Of a stretch of DNA of 64,000 nt, positions 27,046-37,081 are shown piece after piece. The stretch lies in NCBI GenBank assembly GCA_035632635.1, contig DASQGL010000028.1, positions 5,578 to 69,577 of the forward strand. The letters are read 5' to 3'. Below the pieces are notes generated by a model. The model did not search any database. It saw nothing but the letters and a program-made list of their open reading frames with translations, and had not been told where the DNA came from. Within the stretch, counting starts at the first letter, position 1. Each line of letters starts with the position of its first letter. The position numbers were made by a program, and so were the translations under genes. This DNA is from Candidatus Limnocylindrales bacterium. GTDB lineage: Bacteria > Chloroflexota > Dormibacteria > CF-121.

Positions 27046-29265
27046 TCAGCGTGCGAGCGGGATCGTCTTCTCGTCGGAGTCCAGCGTCCCATCGTGGCCG
27101 CCACCCGTCGTATCCACGGCATGCCCGGCCGCCTCCCCTTCTGCGGGAGCCGCCGGGTATTCGATGCGAGCGTGATAGATGCTGACCACCATGTTGGAGA
27201 AGGCTTCTTCGATCCGGCCAAGGTCTCGGAACGAGAGATCGCACTCATCCAGCTGGCCGTCCCGAACGAAACCCTGCACCATGCGATGAACGTGCTGCCG
27301 GATCCCATCGGAGCTGCGGTCCTTGAGCGTGCGGGTCGACGCTTCCACGGTGTCCGCCATCATGACGATGGCCGCCTCCCGGCTCCGCGGACGAGGTCCC
27401 GGGTAGCGGAAGTCGTCCTCCCGCGCATCGAGCCCCTGCTCGAGCGCCTGCCGATAGAAGTACTTCTTCACGGTCGTTCCCTGGTGTTGCTGGACGATGT
27501 CCTTGATCACGGACGGGAAATGGTACTGCTCGAGGAGCTGAACCCCCTCGGTGACGTGCTGGTTCAGGATGTCCGAGCTTGTCGTGGGCGACAGGTTCTC
27601 GTGGATGTTGCCGATCTCCGCCTGGTTCTCGACGAAGAAGTGCGGACGCCGGATCTTGCCGATGTCGTGGAAGTAGCACCCCACCCGGGCGAGCACGGCG
27701 TTCGCGCCGACGGCTTCGGCAGCTGCCTCGGCGAGGTTGGCGGCAACAATGGAATGGTTGTAGGTGCCCGGAGCGGTGACCATGAGGCGTTTGAGGAGCG
27801 GGTTGTTCGGCGTCATCAGCTCGAGCAGCTTCATCGGAGTCACGACCCGCATGACCTCGCCGAGATAGGTGACGGCCCCGGCGGCGATCAGCGCCGAGAC
27901 GAGCCCACCGACCAGCGCGATGGCAGCGATCCCGAACACCTCCTCAGCGGTCTGGCGGCGCTCGATCAGGCTGAGGGCGGCAACCGTGACGAATTGCGCG
28001 CTGCCGACCAGGATGGCGGCCGGAACCCACTGCCCCTGTCGTTCCAGGCGGTGAACATAGACGGCCCCGATGGCGCCGCCGAAGAAGCCGAGCAGCGTGA
28101 GGTCGAGCAGGTTGTCGGCGATGATCCCGGTCAGCAGGCCAACCGCGAAGGCGACGATGATGCCGAGGCCCGTATCGAGGAGCGCCGCCACCAGCAGCGG
28201 CACCGCGACCATGGGCACTGCGTACTGGGCGCGTGGATCGATCGGCACGATCACCTTCGCGACGAGCACCAGGACGACCATGAGAGCGCCCAGCGTCAGC
28301 AGCTGGCGGGGATTGTGCACGATCGTCGGCCGGAACTGGAACAGATACCCCAGTGCGAGGGCGAAGAGCAGGATGACGAGAATGAAGGTCGCCAGGATCC
28401 GCGACCAGTCCGCGCGGGGCGCGAGCAGTCCGACCTGCTGCGCTTCCTCGACCTGGAACGGCGACACGAGGTCGCCGTAGCGGATGATGGTCTGCCCCTG
28501 CGCGATGGTCACGAAGACCGGGGGCACGGCCGCCTGCGCCTGTTGCCGCTTGACGATGGTTTCCTGCGGCTGGAAATTGACGCGGAGAAAATCGCGCACG
28601 AGGATGGCCACGATGGCGACCGCGGTCGGATCCAGGCGGAATGCACTCGCACGGGTCTGCGCGGTGGCCTGAGCCGTGCGCAGGGTTTCGGCCTTGATGC
28701 CGTTCGCCATCAATTCCTGCAGGAGATCGCCGGCATCCCTGAAGATGGCGGCCACCGTCGCGTCGTCGGCCTGCAGCAGGTAGGAGCGCTGCGCGTCAGT
28801 CAGCTGCGGTTCCAGCAGGCTCAGCTTGGCGAGGCGATCCGGATCGGGGCTGGTCGACTGCCGCTGCTCGGAGACCTTGACGCCCAGCGCATCGAGCGCC
28901 TGCCGCTGCTGTGCCGTGATCGCGGCGTCGAACTGATCGGGCACCTGTTTGGCTGCGATGTCGCGCGCCTCTTGCGTCTTGGTCAGGCTCTCGTACTTGA
29001 CCGAGCGCGGGGCCTGGACGTCCTGGGTCGCAACGTCTCCCGCCCGCAGGTTCAGCCGGTTCGGCAGGAAGTTCTGGGCGACCACCAGCGCGGTGATCAG
29101 CGCGATGATCAGCGTGATGGCGGCCGAGCGTGCGTAGGGAGGCCACCGCCGGGCGACCCCGATCGTGCCCAGACGCCGGCCCCGGAAGAGGTCGTCCCGG
29201 ACCCGGCGAAGGCGCTCGATCACCGCGAACCGCCGTGGCCCGAAACGGGTCCCCCTGGGTTTCAT
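27046..29265 (-). CDS. pgpH: 7TM-receptor with intracellular HD hydrolase (HDIG) domain, PgpH/YqfF family (putative cyclic-di-AMP phosphodiesterase)
   Basis: Extracellular N-terminal domain, 7 TM helices, C-terminal HD domain (YFHDIGKIRRPHFF, QHQGT). Conserved synteny rpsU-(phoH)-yqfF-ybeY-dgkA. Confidence 0.8.
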   Translation of the reverse strand: MKPRGTRFGPRRFAVIERLRRVRDDLFRGRRLGTIGVARRWPPYARSAAITLIIALITALVVAQNFLPNRLNLRAGDVATQDVQAPRSVKYESLTKTQEARDIAAKQVPDQFDAAITAQQRQALDALGVKVSEQRQSTSPDPDRLAKLSLLEPQLTDAQRSYLLQADDATVAAIFRDAGDLLQELMANGIKAETLRTAQATAQTRASAFRLDPTAVAIVAILVRDFLRVNFQPQETIVKRQQAQAAVPPVFVTIAQGQTIIRYGDLVSPFQVEEAQQVGLLAPRADWSRILATFILVILLFALALGYLFQFRPTIVHNPRQLLTLGALMVVLVLVAKVIVPIDPRAQYAVPMVAVPLLVAALLDTGLGIIVAFAVGLLTGIIADNLLDLTLLGFFGGAIGAVYVHRLERQGQWVPAAILVGSAQFVTVAALSLIERRQTAEEVFGIAAIALVGGLVSALIAAGAVTYLGEVMRVVTPMKLLELMTPNNPLLKRLMVTAPGTYNHSIVAANLAEAAAEAVGANAVLARVGCYFHDIGKIRRPHFFVENQAEIGNIHENLSPTTSSDILNQHVTEGVQLLEQYHFPSVIKDIVQQHQGTTVKKYFYRQALEQGLDAREDDFRYPGPRPRSREAAIVMMADTVEASTRTLKDRSSDGIRQHVHRMVQGFVRDGQLDECDLSFRDLGRIEEAFSNMVVSIYHARIEYPAAPAEGEAAGHAVDTTGGGHDGTLDSDEKTIPLAR

Positions 29266-29299
29266 GCGTTCACGCCGAAAACCGGCGCGCTCTGCCTAC

Positions 29300-29489
29300 C
29301 TACGCCGAGCGAGCCCGGCGTTTGCGTGCGGCAGCGATCTTCTTCTTTCGCTTGACGCTGGGCTTCTCGTAGTGTTCGCGTCGGCGCACCTCGGAGAGGA
29401 CGCCGTTCTGCTTGATCTTCTTATTGAAGCGACGAAGGGCGCTCTCGAAGGTCTCGTTCTCCCGGACCTTGATCTCGGACAACTGGTTT
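29300..29489 (-). CDS. rpsU: 30S ribosomal protein S21, probable TTG start
   Basis: [48 protein letters not shown] matches S21. A GAAGGGGG RBS lies about 10 nt upstream of the TTG. The ORF-track 113-aa version is an upstream extension. Confidence 0.8.
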
Positions 29490-29727
29490 GCACCCCCTTC
29501 GCGGCTGAGCCATGTTGCGCTGAAGTATAGGCCCGGGCAAGATGGAGTGTCAACGCGAGCTGAATTCAACTCGAATTCGGCGTCGGGGGCCGTCGCGACC
29601 GGCCCGTCACCGCCACGCAGCGTGATATCGCATTCCCGCAACGACCCCAGCCGAACTCGATGCCCGGGGCGTGCGGGATCGTTCGACTTGGAAGAGGCTT
29701 CCGCCTCGAAGGAGGTTCGGTTCCCGC

Positions 29728-30321
29728 ATGCTCACCCTGATCACGGCCTGGATCAGCGAACGCATCATCACCGTGACCACGGTGGCGGTGGTGGCCGTCG
29801 CCGCGGTCCCGACGACCCTGGTCATCGTCAACCACGGTCAGACAACCGTCACCGTGTCCCAGCAGGAACATCAGCAACAGGTGACGCTGGTTGCCGCGGT
29901 CAAGAAGGTCGGTGACGCAGCCATCACGAAGCTGACCACGGCGGAACAGGGCTGCACCGTGCAGCTCAACCAGACGATCGCGAACGCCCACCTCGCGCCC
30001 GGCCAGATCCAGCCGCAGCTGACCCAGGCGAAGACGCAGCTGCACGGCGCTGTCGCGCCACTGATCGCGGCCATCCAGAAGCATGAGGACGATTTCTCCC
30101 ACCTGAAGACCGTGACGAAGGACGAGGAACAGAACGAGGAGCACGAGATCAGCTTGATCGTGCTCACCGGCCTCGGCCAGGGTCACACGCCGGGCACGAT
30201 CACGGTGTCCTGCCAGACCGTCACGATCGAGATCCAGACCGTCATCCAGGTCATCGTGCTGGAGCAGCAGGTCAAGGTCGTCCAGGCGCCCGCCGGCAAG
30301 GGCGACCGAGACGGCGACTAG
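29728..30321 (+). CDS. Hypothetical Gln/Thr/Val-rich protein with N-terminal signal anchor
   Basis: A GGAGG RBS precedes the ATG at 29728. It is followed by a canonical intrinsic terminator, has slightly lower GC than its surroundings, and no recognisable family. Confidence 0.45.
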   Translation: MLTLITAWISERIITVTTVAVVAVAAVPTTLVIVNHGQTTVTVSQQEHQQQVTLVAAVKKVGDAAITKLTTAEQGCTVQLNQTIANAHLAPGQIQPQLTQAKTQLHGAVAPLIAAIQKHEDDFSHLKTVTKDEEQNEEHEISLIVLTGLGQGHTPGTITVSCQTVTIEIQTVIQVIVLEQQVKVVQAPAGKGDRDGD

Positions 30322-30339
30322 GGATTCCCTCCCCACCAC

Positions 30340-30380
30340 GAAGAGGCGGAGGCCGGGCTTCCGCCTCTTCCGGTTTTTTT
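30340..30380 (+). terminator. Rho-independent terminator
   Basis: Stem GAAGAGGCGG / CCGCCTCTTC with an 11-nt loop, followed by CGGTTTTTTT. Confidence 0.8.
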
Positions 30381-30383
30381 GAG

Positions 30384-31178
30384 CTAGCGGACGCCGGACG
30401 CGACGCCGGCCGGTTTGCGCGCCCGGATGTAGGCGCTGGCGATCTTGCCCTCGGCTGCGTCAAGCCCAGCATCGGTTGGGGCGAACGTGTGGGTGAGCTC
30501 GATGTCGATCCCCTCGAAACCGGCTGCCTCCACGGCAGCCCGGTACTCGTCGACGCGGATCGTCCCCGCGACGCACCCGGCCCAGGCGTCGAGCGACGCC
30601 TTCATACCGGCCGGCAGTGGCTCCACCTCCACCATGTCCGAGACCGCGAACCGTCCGCCCGGCTTGAGCACGCGGAACGCTTCGCGCAGCACGGCGCCCT
30701 TGTCGGCGGCCAGGTTGATGACGCAGTTGGAGATCACGACGTCGACCGCCGCGTCGGCGAGCGGGATGGCTTCCATCGTCCCTTTGAGGAAGGTCGCGTT
30801 CTGAACGCCGGACCGGGCCTGGTTCGCCCGGGCCAGCTCGAGCATCTCGTCCGTCATGTCCAGGCCGTAGGCATGGCCGCCCGGGCTGACCCGGCGGGCC
30901 GAGAGGAGCACGTCGAGGCCAGCCCCGCTGCCCAGGTCCAGCACGACCTCTCCTGCGTGCAGCTGTGCCAGCGCCGTTGGATTGCCGCAGCCCAGGCTGG
31001 CCCCGAGGCTCAATCCAAGGTCGGCAACCTCCGTCTTCGAGTAGGCCTCTTGGCCGATCGGCCCTGAGACGGCATCACTGCCCCCAGCGCAGCTCGCGTC
31101 GCAGCAGCTACCACTGCCGTTGAGTTCGATCGCCAGCTTCGCATACTTCTCGCGCACGGCGTCAGTGATGGGCTCCAT
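30384..31178 (-). CDS. arsM: Arsenite S-adenosylmethionine methyltransferase (ArsM-like)
   Basis: N-terminal Cys cluster ([10 protein letters not shown]), class I MT motif VLDLGSGAG, and conserved downstream Cys (ISNCVINL). Confidence 0.7.
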   Translation of the reverse strand: MEPITDAVREKYAKLAIELNGSGSCCDASCAGGSDAVSGPIGQEAYSKTEVADLGLSLGASLGCGNPTALAQLHAGEVVLDLGSGAGLDVLLSARRVSPGGHAYGLDMTDEMLELARANQARSGVQNATFLKGTMEAIPLADAAVDVVISNCVINLAADKGAVLREAFRVLKPGGRFAVSDMVEVEPLPAGMKASLDAWAGCVAGTIRVDEYRAAVEAAGFEGIDIELTHTFAPTDAGLDAAEGKIASAYIRARKPAGVASGVR

Positions 31179-31234
31179 GGCCCCACCCTACACATTCCAT
31201 AGACAAACGTCAATGGGTTTGGTAGAGTCGAAGC

Positions 31235-31576
31235 GTGGCCGCGACAGGCATCCCCGAGCGGGCCAAAGGCGTCTGCTGCCCGCCGGCGCCGGCGCTGCCC
31301 GAGCGGCAGGTCGGTGCCACGGTCGAGGTCCTGAAGGCGCTCGCCGACCCGACGCGCCTGCAGATGGTCGGCATGCTGAAACGCGCCACCGCCCCGGTAT
31401 GCATCTGCGACTTCACCGCCGCGTTCGACTTGAGCCAACCCACGATCTCTCACCACATGAGCAAATTGCGCGAAGCCGGCCTGGTCGACGTCAGCCGCCG
31501 CGGCATCTGGGCCTACTACCGCCTGAATCCCCGGCTCGCCGAACCGGTGCGGGCCCTCCTCGACCTCGTCGGCTGA
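31235..31576 (+). CDS. arsR: ArsR/SmtB-family metalloregulatory repressor
   Basis: GTG start; HTH ALADPTRLQMVGML; Cys motifs VCC near the N-terminus and CICDF. Confidence 0.75.
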   Translation: MAATGIPERAKGVCCPPAPALPERQVGATVEVLKALADPTRLQMVGMLKRATAPVCICDFTAAFDLSQPTISHHMSKLREAGLVDVSRRGIWAYYRLNPRLAEPVRALLDLVG

Positions 31577-31578
31577 CC

Positions 31579-31971
31579 ATGGCGAACGTGCTGTTCGTCT
31601 GCCTGCACAACGCCGGCCGCTCGCAGATGAGCCAGGCGCTGTTCGAGCGAGCGGTTCGCGGCCGGCATGAGGCGCGGTCTGCCGGGACCAGCCCGGGGGA
31701 ACGCGTACATCCCGCCGTGGTCACCGCGATGCGGGAGATCGGGATCGAGCTCGGCGATCGAACCCCCGCCCCGCTGACCGAGGAGCTCTCCCGCTGGGCG
31801 GACGTGGTGGTCACCATGGGCTGCGGCGACGCGTGTCCCTACATCGCCGGCAAGCGCTATATCGATTGGGATCTGCCCGACCCTGCCGGCCGTCCGCTCG
31901 AAGACGTGCGTCGGACTCGGGACGAAATCGACCGGCGGGTTGGGGCGCTGGCGAGAGAACTCGACCGCTGA
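31579..31971 (+). CDS. arsC: Arsenate reductase, low-molecular-weight phosphotyrosine-phosphatase family (ArsC)
   Basis: N-terminal FVCLHNAGRSQM P-loop (CX5R) and a downstream Cys pair (GCGDAC). The true start is the internal ATG at 31579, not the 31120 ORF-track start. Confidence 0.8.
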   Translation: MANVLFVCLHNAGRSQMSQALFERAVRGRHEARSAGTSPGERVHPAVVTAMREIGIELGDRTPAPLTEELSRWADVVVTMGCGDACPYIAGKRYIDWDLPDPAGRPLEDVRRTRDEIDRRVGALARELDR

Positions 31972-31985
31972 CCACCCGCCCGGCG

Positions 31986-32680
31986 TGATAGAAGAGGGTG
32001 TGGCCCAGAACTGGCAGGACCCCGGCTTCGCCGAGCAATGGGACGCACGTCACCTGACCGGAAACCCGGCGCGGGCGGAGCACCTGGCGCTCCTGCGGGA
32101 GATGCTCATCGACGTGCCCCCGGGCGACGTGCTGGACCTGGGCTGCGGATCAGGGCTGGTCGCCCTGATGATCCTGCAGACCTTGCCGCAGGCCAGGCTG
32201 TTCGGGATCGACTGGTCGCCTCCCATGCTCGACCTGGCCCGCGAACGCCTGCACGGATTGGGCTCGCGCTTTCACCTGGCGGAGGGGGACCTGCGCCGGC
32301 TGGCCGAGGTGATCGCGCCCTCGGCGTGCTCGGCCGCCGTCGCGGTGCAATCCCTCCACCACCTCACGCAAGCCGAATACCGCGCCGCGGCAGGCTGGAC
32401 CTTTGAACATCTCGCCCCAGGGGCGTGGTTCGTGATCATCGATCGCCTGGCGATCCCGTCCGAGCGGCTATACACGCCGTTTCGGAGAACGCGGGCGCGA
32501 CAGGGTCAGGCGCCGAATCCGGAGCGGTGGTCCGACTACCTCGACTGGCTGGAGGCGAACGGGGACCGTCCGCTTGCCGTTCAGCAGATCCTGCCCATCC
32601 TCGAGGAGGCCGGCTTCATGGCGGCCTGCCTGGATGTCCGCGCCGATCGGGGCATGCTCGTCGCCCGCCGCCCGGGATGA
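31986..32680 (+). CDS. Class I SAM-dependent methyltransferase
   Basis: VLDLGCGSG motif; GTG start just after the arsC stop. Confidence 0.55.
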
Positions 32681-33507
32681 GGGCGAAGGAGCTCTTCCCC
32701 GACGTCTTCTCGCGGCACGCCCGCGCCTACAAGCGGCGCCAGGATGCGCTGCGCCGCCAGGGCGGCCTGCGCGCACGGACACTCCTGATCGAGGGGATCG
32801 GGGCCGGACCAGGCGACCAGGTGCTCGACCTGGCGTGCGGCCCGGGAACGCTGACCCTGCAGCTGGCGGAGCTCGTCGCACCGGATGGACAGGCGGTCGG
32901 TATCGACCTCGCGCCGGGAATGCTCGAGGTCGCGCAAGCCTCGGCGCCGGCCGGCCTCCCGGTGCGCTTCGAGCTGATGGACATCGAGGATCTGCGCTTT
33001 CCCGACGCGAGTTTCGATGCTGCCACCTGCGCGCATGGTCTCCAGTTCTGTGCCGACCTCGACCGCGCGCTCGGTCAGGCGCGGCGGGTCCTGCGCTCCG
33101 AGGCGCGGTTCGGGGCGACCGTGCCGCTCGATCGGTCGAGCAGCGTCGGCGAGGCGATCGTCTCGCGGATCGCCGGCGACCGCCTCCCGCCGGGACCGGA
33201 AACGCCCGATCGCGACCGGACCAGAGCCATCGTGAGTGATGCGAACGCCTTCCGCCTCCACGTCGAGATGGCCGGCTTTCGCAATGTCCGCGTGCAGCGT
33301 GTCCGGGAAAGCCACCGATGGGAGAACCCGGCCGAGCTGATCGACATGGCTTCGAGCTGGTGGGTGCTGGCCGAGCGGCTCGAGCAGCTCAGCCAACCGG
33401 ATCGGGAGGCTCTGCTGACTCTCGCGCGTCAGACGCTCGAAGCCCAGTACGGTGCCGGGCCGATCGAGTCCCACAGCACGTCCAGTCTTCTGTTCGCCGA
33501 CGTCTGA
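32677..33507 (+). CDS. Class I SAM-dependent methyltransferase (UbiE/COQ5-like)
   Basis: VLDLACGPG motif; the internal ATG at 32677 overlaps the upstream stop (ATGA). Confidence 0.6.
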   Translation: MRAKELFPDVFSRHARAYKRRQDALRRQGGLRARTLLIEGIGAGPGDQVLDLACGPGTLTLQLAELVAPDGQAVGIDLAPGMLEVAQASAPAGLPVRFELMDIEDLRFPDASFDAATCAHGLQFCADLDRALGQARRVLRSEARFGATVPLDRSSSVGEAIVSRIAGDRLPPGPETPDRDRTRAIVSDANAFRLHVEMAGFRNVRVQRVRESHRWENPAELIDMASSWWVLAERLEQLSQPDREALLTLARQTLEAQYGAGPIESHSTSSLLFADV

Positions 33508-33523
33508 CTCCGGGACGCCGCGG

Positions 33524-33715
33524 TTACCAGAGCTCGCCGTTCGCGAGCGCCATGTAGAGGATGGGGCCGATGCCCCAGAAGAAGCAGACCACGCCCCAGA
33601 GCAGTTTCTGCAGCCCGGTCAGATCCCGGCGTCCGGCAAGGTTGATCAGGGCCAGGACGAAGGCGATCGGGTGCAGGAAGATCGCGAGCAGCACCTCGAG
33701 GACAACCTTGCACAT
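33524..33715 (-). CDS. Small membrane protein of the PLD-nuclease N-terminal domain (PLDc_N) family
   Basis: 63 aa and two TM helices, with LLWGVVCFFWGIGPILYM matching the PLDc_N small-protein family pattern. Confidence 0.5.
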   Translation of the reverse strand: MCKVVLEVLLAIFLHPIAFVLALINLAGRRDLTGLQKLLWGVVCFFWGIGPILYMALANGELW

Positions 33716-33729
33716 GTGGAGACCGCTAT

Positions 33730-34476
33730 TTAATCATCGCGGCTCGCGATCGCCAGGATCCGCGTGCTGGACGCAAGGACCGGGCTCCCGTCCCAGTCGC
33801 CGTAAAGATCGATCCGGTTGAAGCCGGCTTGGTGCAGCATCCCCTCCAGCTCGGCCGAGCCGTACAGCCGCAGCACGTGGGTGCGCTCCTGGAATTCGCC
33901 GCGCTGCTCCACCGTCTGACGGACCCGCATTCGCCGGCCGGAGGCGTCGAGCGTGCGTTCCTCGACCACCGCGATCTTGCCCACCGCGAACCACTCCCTG
34001 GGCTCGAAGTCCCGAACCCGCCAGTCCCCGTTCAGCACTTCGAGAACCAGGCGGCCCCCCGGAGCCAGCACGCTCGCAATCCCGTTCAGCACCGCCTGGT
34101 TGTCGGCATCGTCCTCGAAGTATCCGAGCGCGGTGAACAGGTTCAGGACCAGGTCGAAGGGACCACTCGGTGGCTGGCGCATGTCACCATGTACCCATCG
34201 AAGTGACAGCCGCTCGCTTCGGGCCCGCTCGGCCGCCACGCCGAGCAGGTAGTCGGAGAGGTCGAGGCCGGTGACCTGGTACCCGCGCCGAGCCAGCTCG
34301 ATCGCGTGACGACCCTGCCCGCAGGCCTCGTCGAGGACACGCGCCGGAGGGCGCACCCGGGCGAGTCGTTCGATTCCATCGACCTCGGCGGGCGTCCGGG
34401 CCCGGAGCGTCTCGTCATAGATCGCCAGGTAGGTTTCCCCGAACCAGGTCCGCCACCACTCCGGATCCGGTTTCAC
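33730..34476 (-). CDS. Class I SAM-dependent methyltransferase
   Basis: VLDEACGQGRH motif I and LAPGGRLVLE post-I/II region. Confidence 0.6.
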   Translation of the reverse strand: MKPDPEWWRTWFGETYLAIYDETLRARTPAEVDGIERLARVRPPARVLDEACGQGRHAIELARRGYQVTGLDLSDYLLGVAAERARSERLSLRWVHGDMRQPPSGPFDLVLNLFTALGYFEDDADNQAVLNGIASVLAPGGRLVLEVLNGDWRVRDFEPREWFAVGKIAVVEERTLDASGRRMRVRQTVEQRGEFQERTHVLRLYGSAELEGMLHQAGFNRIDLYGDWDGSPVLASSTRILAIASRDD

Positions 34477-34551
34477 AACATCTATATAGGCGTTCCGCGG
34501 GTCGGATAAACTCTGATCTCACCCCGCGCATTCGGTACGAAGGGAGGGATC

Positions 34552-37068
34552 GTGAGCGCAGCGCCTCATCAGGCGAACGTCGTCGTCATCGGAGCCGGCA
34601 TCGTCGGCAACAGCATGGCCTATCACCTTGCCCGGCTGGGATGGCGGGAGATCATCCTGATCGACAAGGGCCCCCTCCCCAACCCGGGCGGTTCGACCGG
34701 CCATGCCTCCAACTTCATCTTCCTGACCGATCATTCGAAGGAGATGACGCTCTTCACCCTCGACAGCGTCAAGCAGTACAAGGACCTGGGCGTCTTCACG
34801 CAGAGCGGGGGCATCGAGGTCGCCCGCACCCAGGAACGCATGGAGGAGCTGAAGCGCCGGATGGCGTCGAGCAGGTCGTGGGGGATCGAAGCCGAGCTGG
34901 TGACGCCCGCCCAGGTCAAGGAGCTGGTCCCATTCATCAACGAGGAGATCATCCTGGGAGGCTTTTCGACCCCCGGCATCGGAACCGTCGATTCGCTGCG
35001 TGGCGGCACCCTGATGCGCGAGAAGGCGCAGGCAATGGGCGCCCTCACCGTGATGCCGATGACCGAGGTCACGGGCATCGATATCGAGCGCGGGCGGATC
35101 GGTGGCGTCCGGACGACTCGGGGCACCATCACGACGAACACCGTGGTCGTCTGCTGCGGGATCTGGAGCCCCAGAATCGCGCGGATGGCGGGGGCGTCCA
35201 TCCCGCTCAGCCCGGCCGTGCACCAGATGATCAGCGTCGGCCCAGTCCCCCTCTTCAGCGACACGGTCGGCGAGATCAAGTACCCCATCATTCGGGACAT
35301 GGACACGAACGGCTACGAGCGGCAGCACGGGAGCGACATGGAAGTCGGCTCGTATGACCACCGTCCCATCCTCTGGGACCCGGACGACATCCCCTCGATC
35401 GAGCAGGCGAAGCTGTCTCCCACCGAGCTGCCCTTCACGAAAGCGGACTTCGACGAATCCCTGGAGCACGCGCTCGAACTGATGCCCGAAATCCTGGGCG
35501 ACCCCAAGATCGGCATCCGTCACGCCATCAACGGCCTTCTCTCGCTGACCCCGGACGGCCTCCCCATCCTGGGCGAGACCCCCGAGGTGAAAGGCCTCTG
35601 GTCGGCGGCGGCGATCTGGATCAAGGAGGCGCCCGGCATCGCGCGGGCGGTCGCCGAGTGGATGACGAGCGGCGTGTCCGAGATCGATCCCTCCGGGTCC
35701 GATATCGCCCGCTTCTACGACCATCAGAAGACGCAAGCGCACATCCAGGCGCGCTCCGCCGAAGGCTTCAACAAGACCTACGGCATCGTCCATCCGCGCG
35801 AGCAATGGGCCTCGAATCGCAACGTCCGCCTGAGCCCGTTCTACGAGCGTGAGAAGGCGCTCGGTGCGGTCTTCTTCGAAACCGCCGGCTGGGAACGGCC
35901 GAACTGGTACGAGTCGAACAAGCCGCTGCTCGAGGAGTACGGCGATCGGGTGATGCCGCGGCGATACGAGTGGGAGGCGCGCTGGTGGTCGCCCATCATC
36001 AATGCGGAGCACCTGGCGATGCGGGACCGGGTCGGCCTGGTCGATCTTTCAGCCTTCGCCGTCTTCGACGTGACCGGTCCCGGCGCCCTCGCCTACATGC
36101 AGAAGATGTGCGTCGTGCAGATCAACGTCCCGCCCGGGCGGGTCGTTTATACGTCGCTGCTCAACGAGGCGGGCGGAATCAAGGCTGACCTGACCGTGAT
36201 GCGCCTGGGCGACAGCCACTTCCGCGTGGTGACCGGCGGCATGGATGGGATGCGTGACAAGAAATGGTTCACGGATCACCTGCCGGAGGACGGTTCGGCC
36301 CAGCTGAGCGACCTGACCTCGAGTTGGGCCACGGTCGGCGTCTGGGGCCCGCGCGCTCGCGACCTGGTGCAGTCGGTGACCCGGGCGGACATGTCCAACG
36401 CCGGGTTCCCCTTCGCCACCTGCCGGGCCATCGAGATCGGCCCGGTCCGCGTGATCGCGTCGCGCATCTCGTACGTGGGAGAACTCGGCTGGGAGCTCTA
36501 TGTCCCCTTCGAGCAGGGCGCGCAGGTCTGGGATCGGCTGTGGGAGGCCGGCCAGCGCCACCGCGTCGCCCCGGTCGGCATCGGCGTCTACGCCACCACC
36601 GGGCGCCTCGAGAAGTGCTATCGCGCCTACGGGAACGAGCTCGAACAGGAATTCAACCTCGTCGAATGTGGCCTCGCCCGGCCGCAGGTCAAGAAGGACG
36701 AGTTCATCGGAAAGGAGGCCTACCTGAAACAGCGCGAGGAGCCTCCGGCGATCACGCTGTGCACGCTCACCGTCGATGACAACACCTCGCGGTCGGGATT
36801 CAAGCGCTACATGCAGGGCCGTGAGCCGGTGACGACGCGGAACGGCAAGCCGCTCGTGGACCGCCACGGCCGCCGTTCCTACCTGACCAGCGCTGGATCA
36901 GGGCCCTCGATCGGTAAGACGATCTTGATGAGCTATCTGCCGCCGGAGCAGGCGAAAGTGGGCACCAAGCTCTGCATCGAGTATTTCGGCGAAGAGTACC
37001 CGGCGACCGTCGCCATTGTCGGCCCGACCCCGATCTTCGATCCCGAGAACACCCGGGTGAAGAGCTGA
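34552..37068 (+). CDS. Dimethylglycine/sarcosine dehydrogenase-family flavoprotein (FAD DAO domain fused to a GcvT-like tetrahydrofolate-binding aminomethyltransferase domain)
   Basis: GTG start; N-terminal VVVIGAGIVGNSMAYHLA Rossmann motif; about 838 aa, with the C-terminal half resembling the glycine-cleavage T-protein fold. Confidence 0.75.
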   Translation: MSAAPHQANVVVIGAGIVGNSMAYHLARLGWREIILIDKGPLPNPGGSTGHASNFIFLTDHSKEMTLFTLDSVKQYKDLGVFTQSGGIEVARTQERMEELKRRMASSRSWGIEAELVTPAQVKELVPFINEEIILGGFSTPGIGTVDSLRGGTLMREKAQAMGALTVMPMTEVTGIDIERGRIGGVRTTRGTITTNTVVVCCGIWSPRIARMAGASIPLSPAVHQMISVGPVPLFSDTVGEIKYPIIRDMDTNGYERQHGSDMEVGSYDHRPILWDPDDIPSIEQAKLSPTELPFTKADFDESLEHALELMPEILGDPKIGIRHAINGLLSLTPDGLPILGETPEVKGLWSAAAIWIKEAPGIARAVAEWMTSGVSEIDPSGSDIARFYDHQKTQAHIQARSAEGFNKTYGIVHPREQWASNRNVRLSPFYEREKALGAVFFETAGWERPNWYESNKPLLEEYGDRVMPRRYEWEARWWSPIINAEHLAMRDRVGLVDLSAFAVFDVTGPGALAYMQKMCVVQINVPPGRVVYTSLLNEAGGIKADLTVMRLGDSHFRVVTGGMDGMRDKKWFTDHLPEDGSAQLSDLTSSWATVGVWGPRARDLVQSVTRADMSNAGFPFATCRAIEIGPVRVIASRISYVGELGWELYVPFEQGAQVWDRLWEAGQRHRVAPVGIGVYATTGRLEKCYRAYGNELEQEFNLVECGLARPQVKKDEFIGKEAYLKQREEPPAITLCTLTVDDNTSRSGFKRYMQGREPVTTRNGKPLVDRHGRRSYLTSAGSGPSIGKTILMSYLPPEQAKVGTKLCIEYFGEEYPATVAIVGPTPIFDPENTRVKS

Positions 37069-37081
37069 CGGCCGTGGCCAC

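Noticed and set aside
27013-29355. 780-aa plus-strand ORF
   Set aside because: Antisense to pgpH (7TM-HD), whose translation has clear HD-domain motifs.
34519-36012. 497-aa minus-strand ORF
   Set aside because: Antisense to the DMGDH-like gene, which has a textbook N-terminal FAD Rossmann motif.
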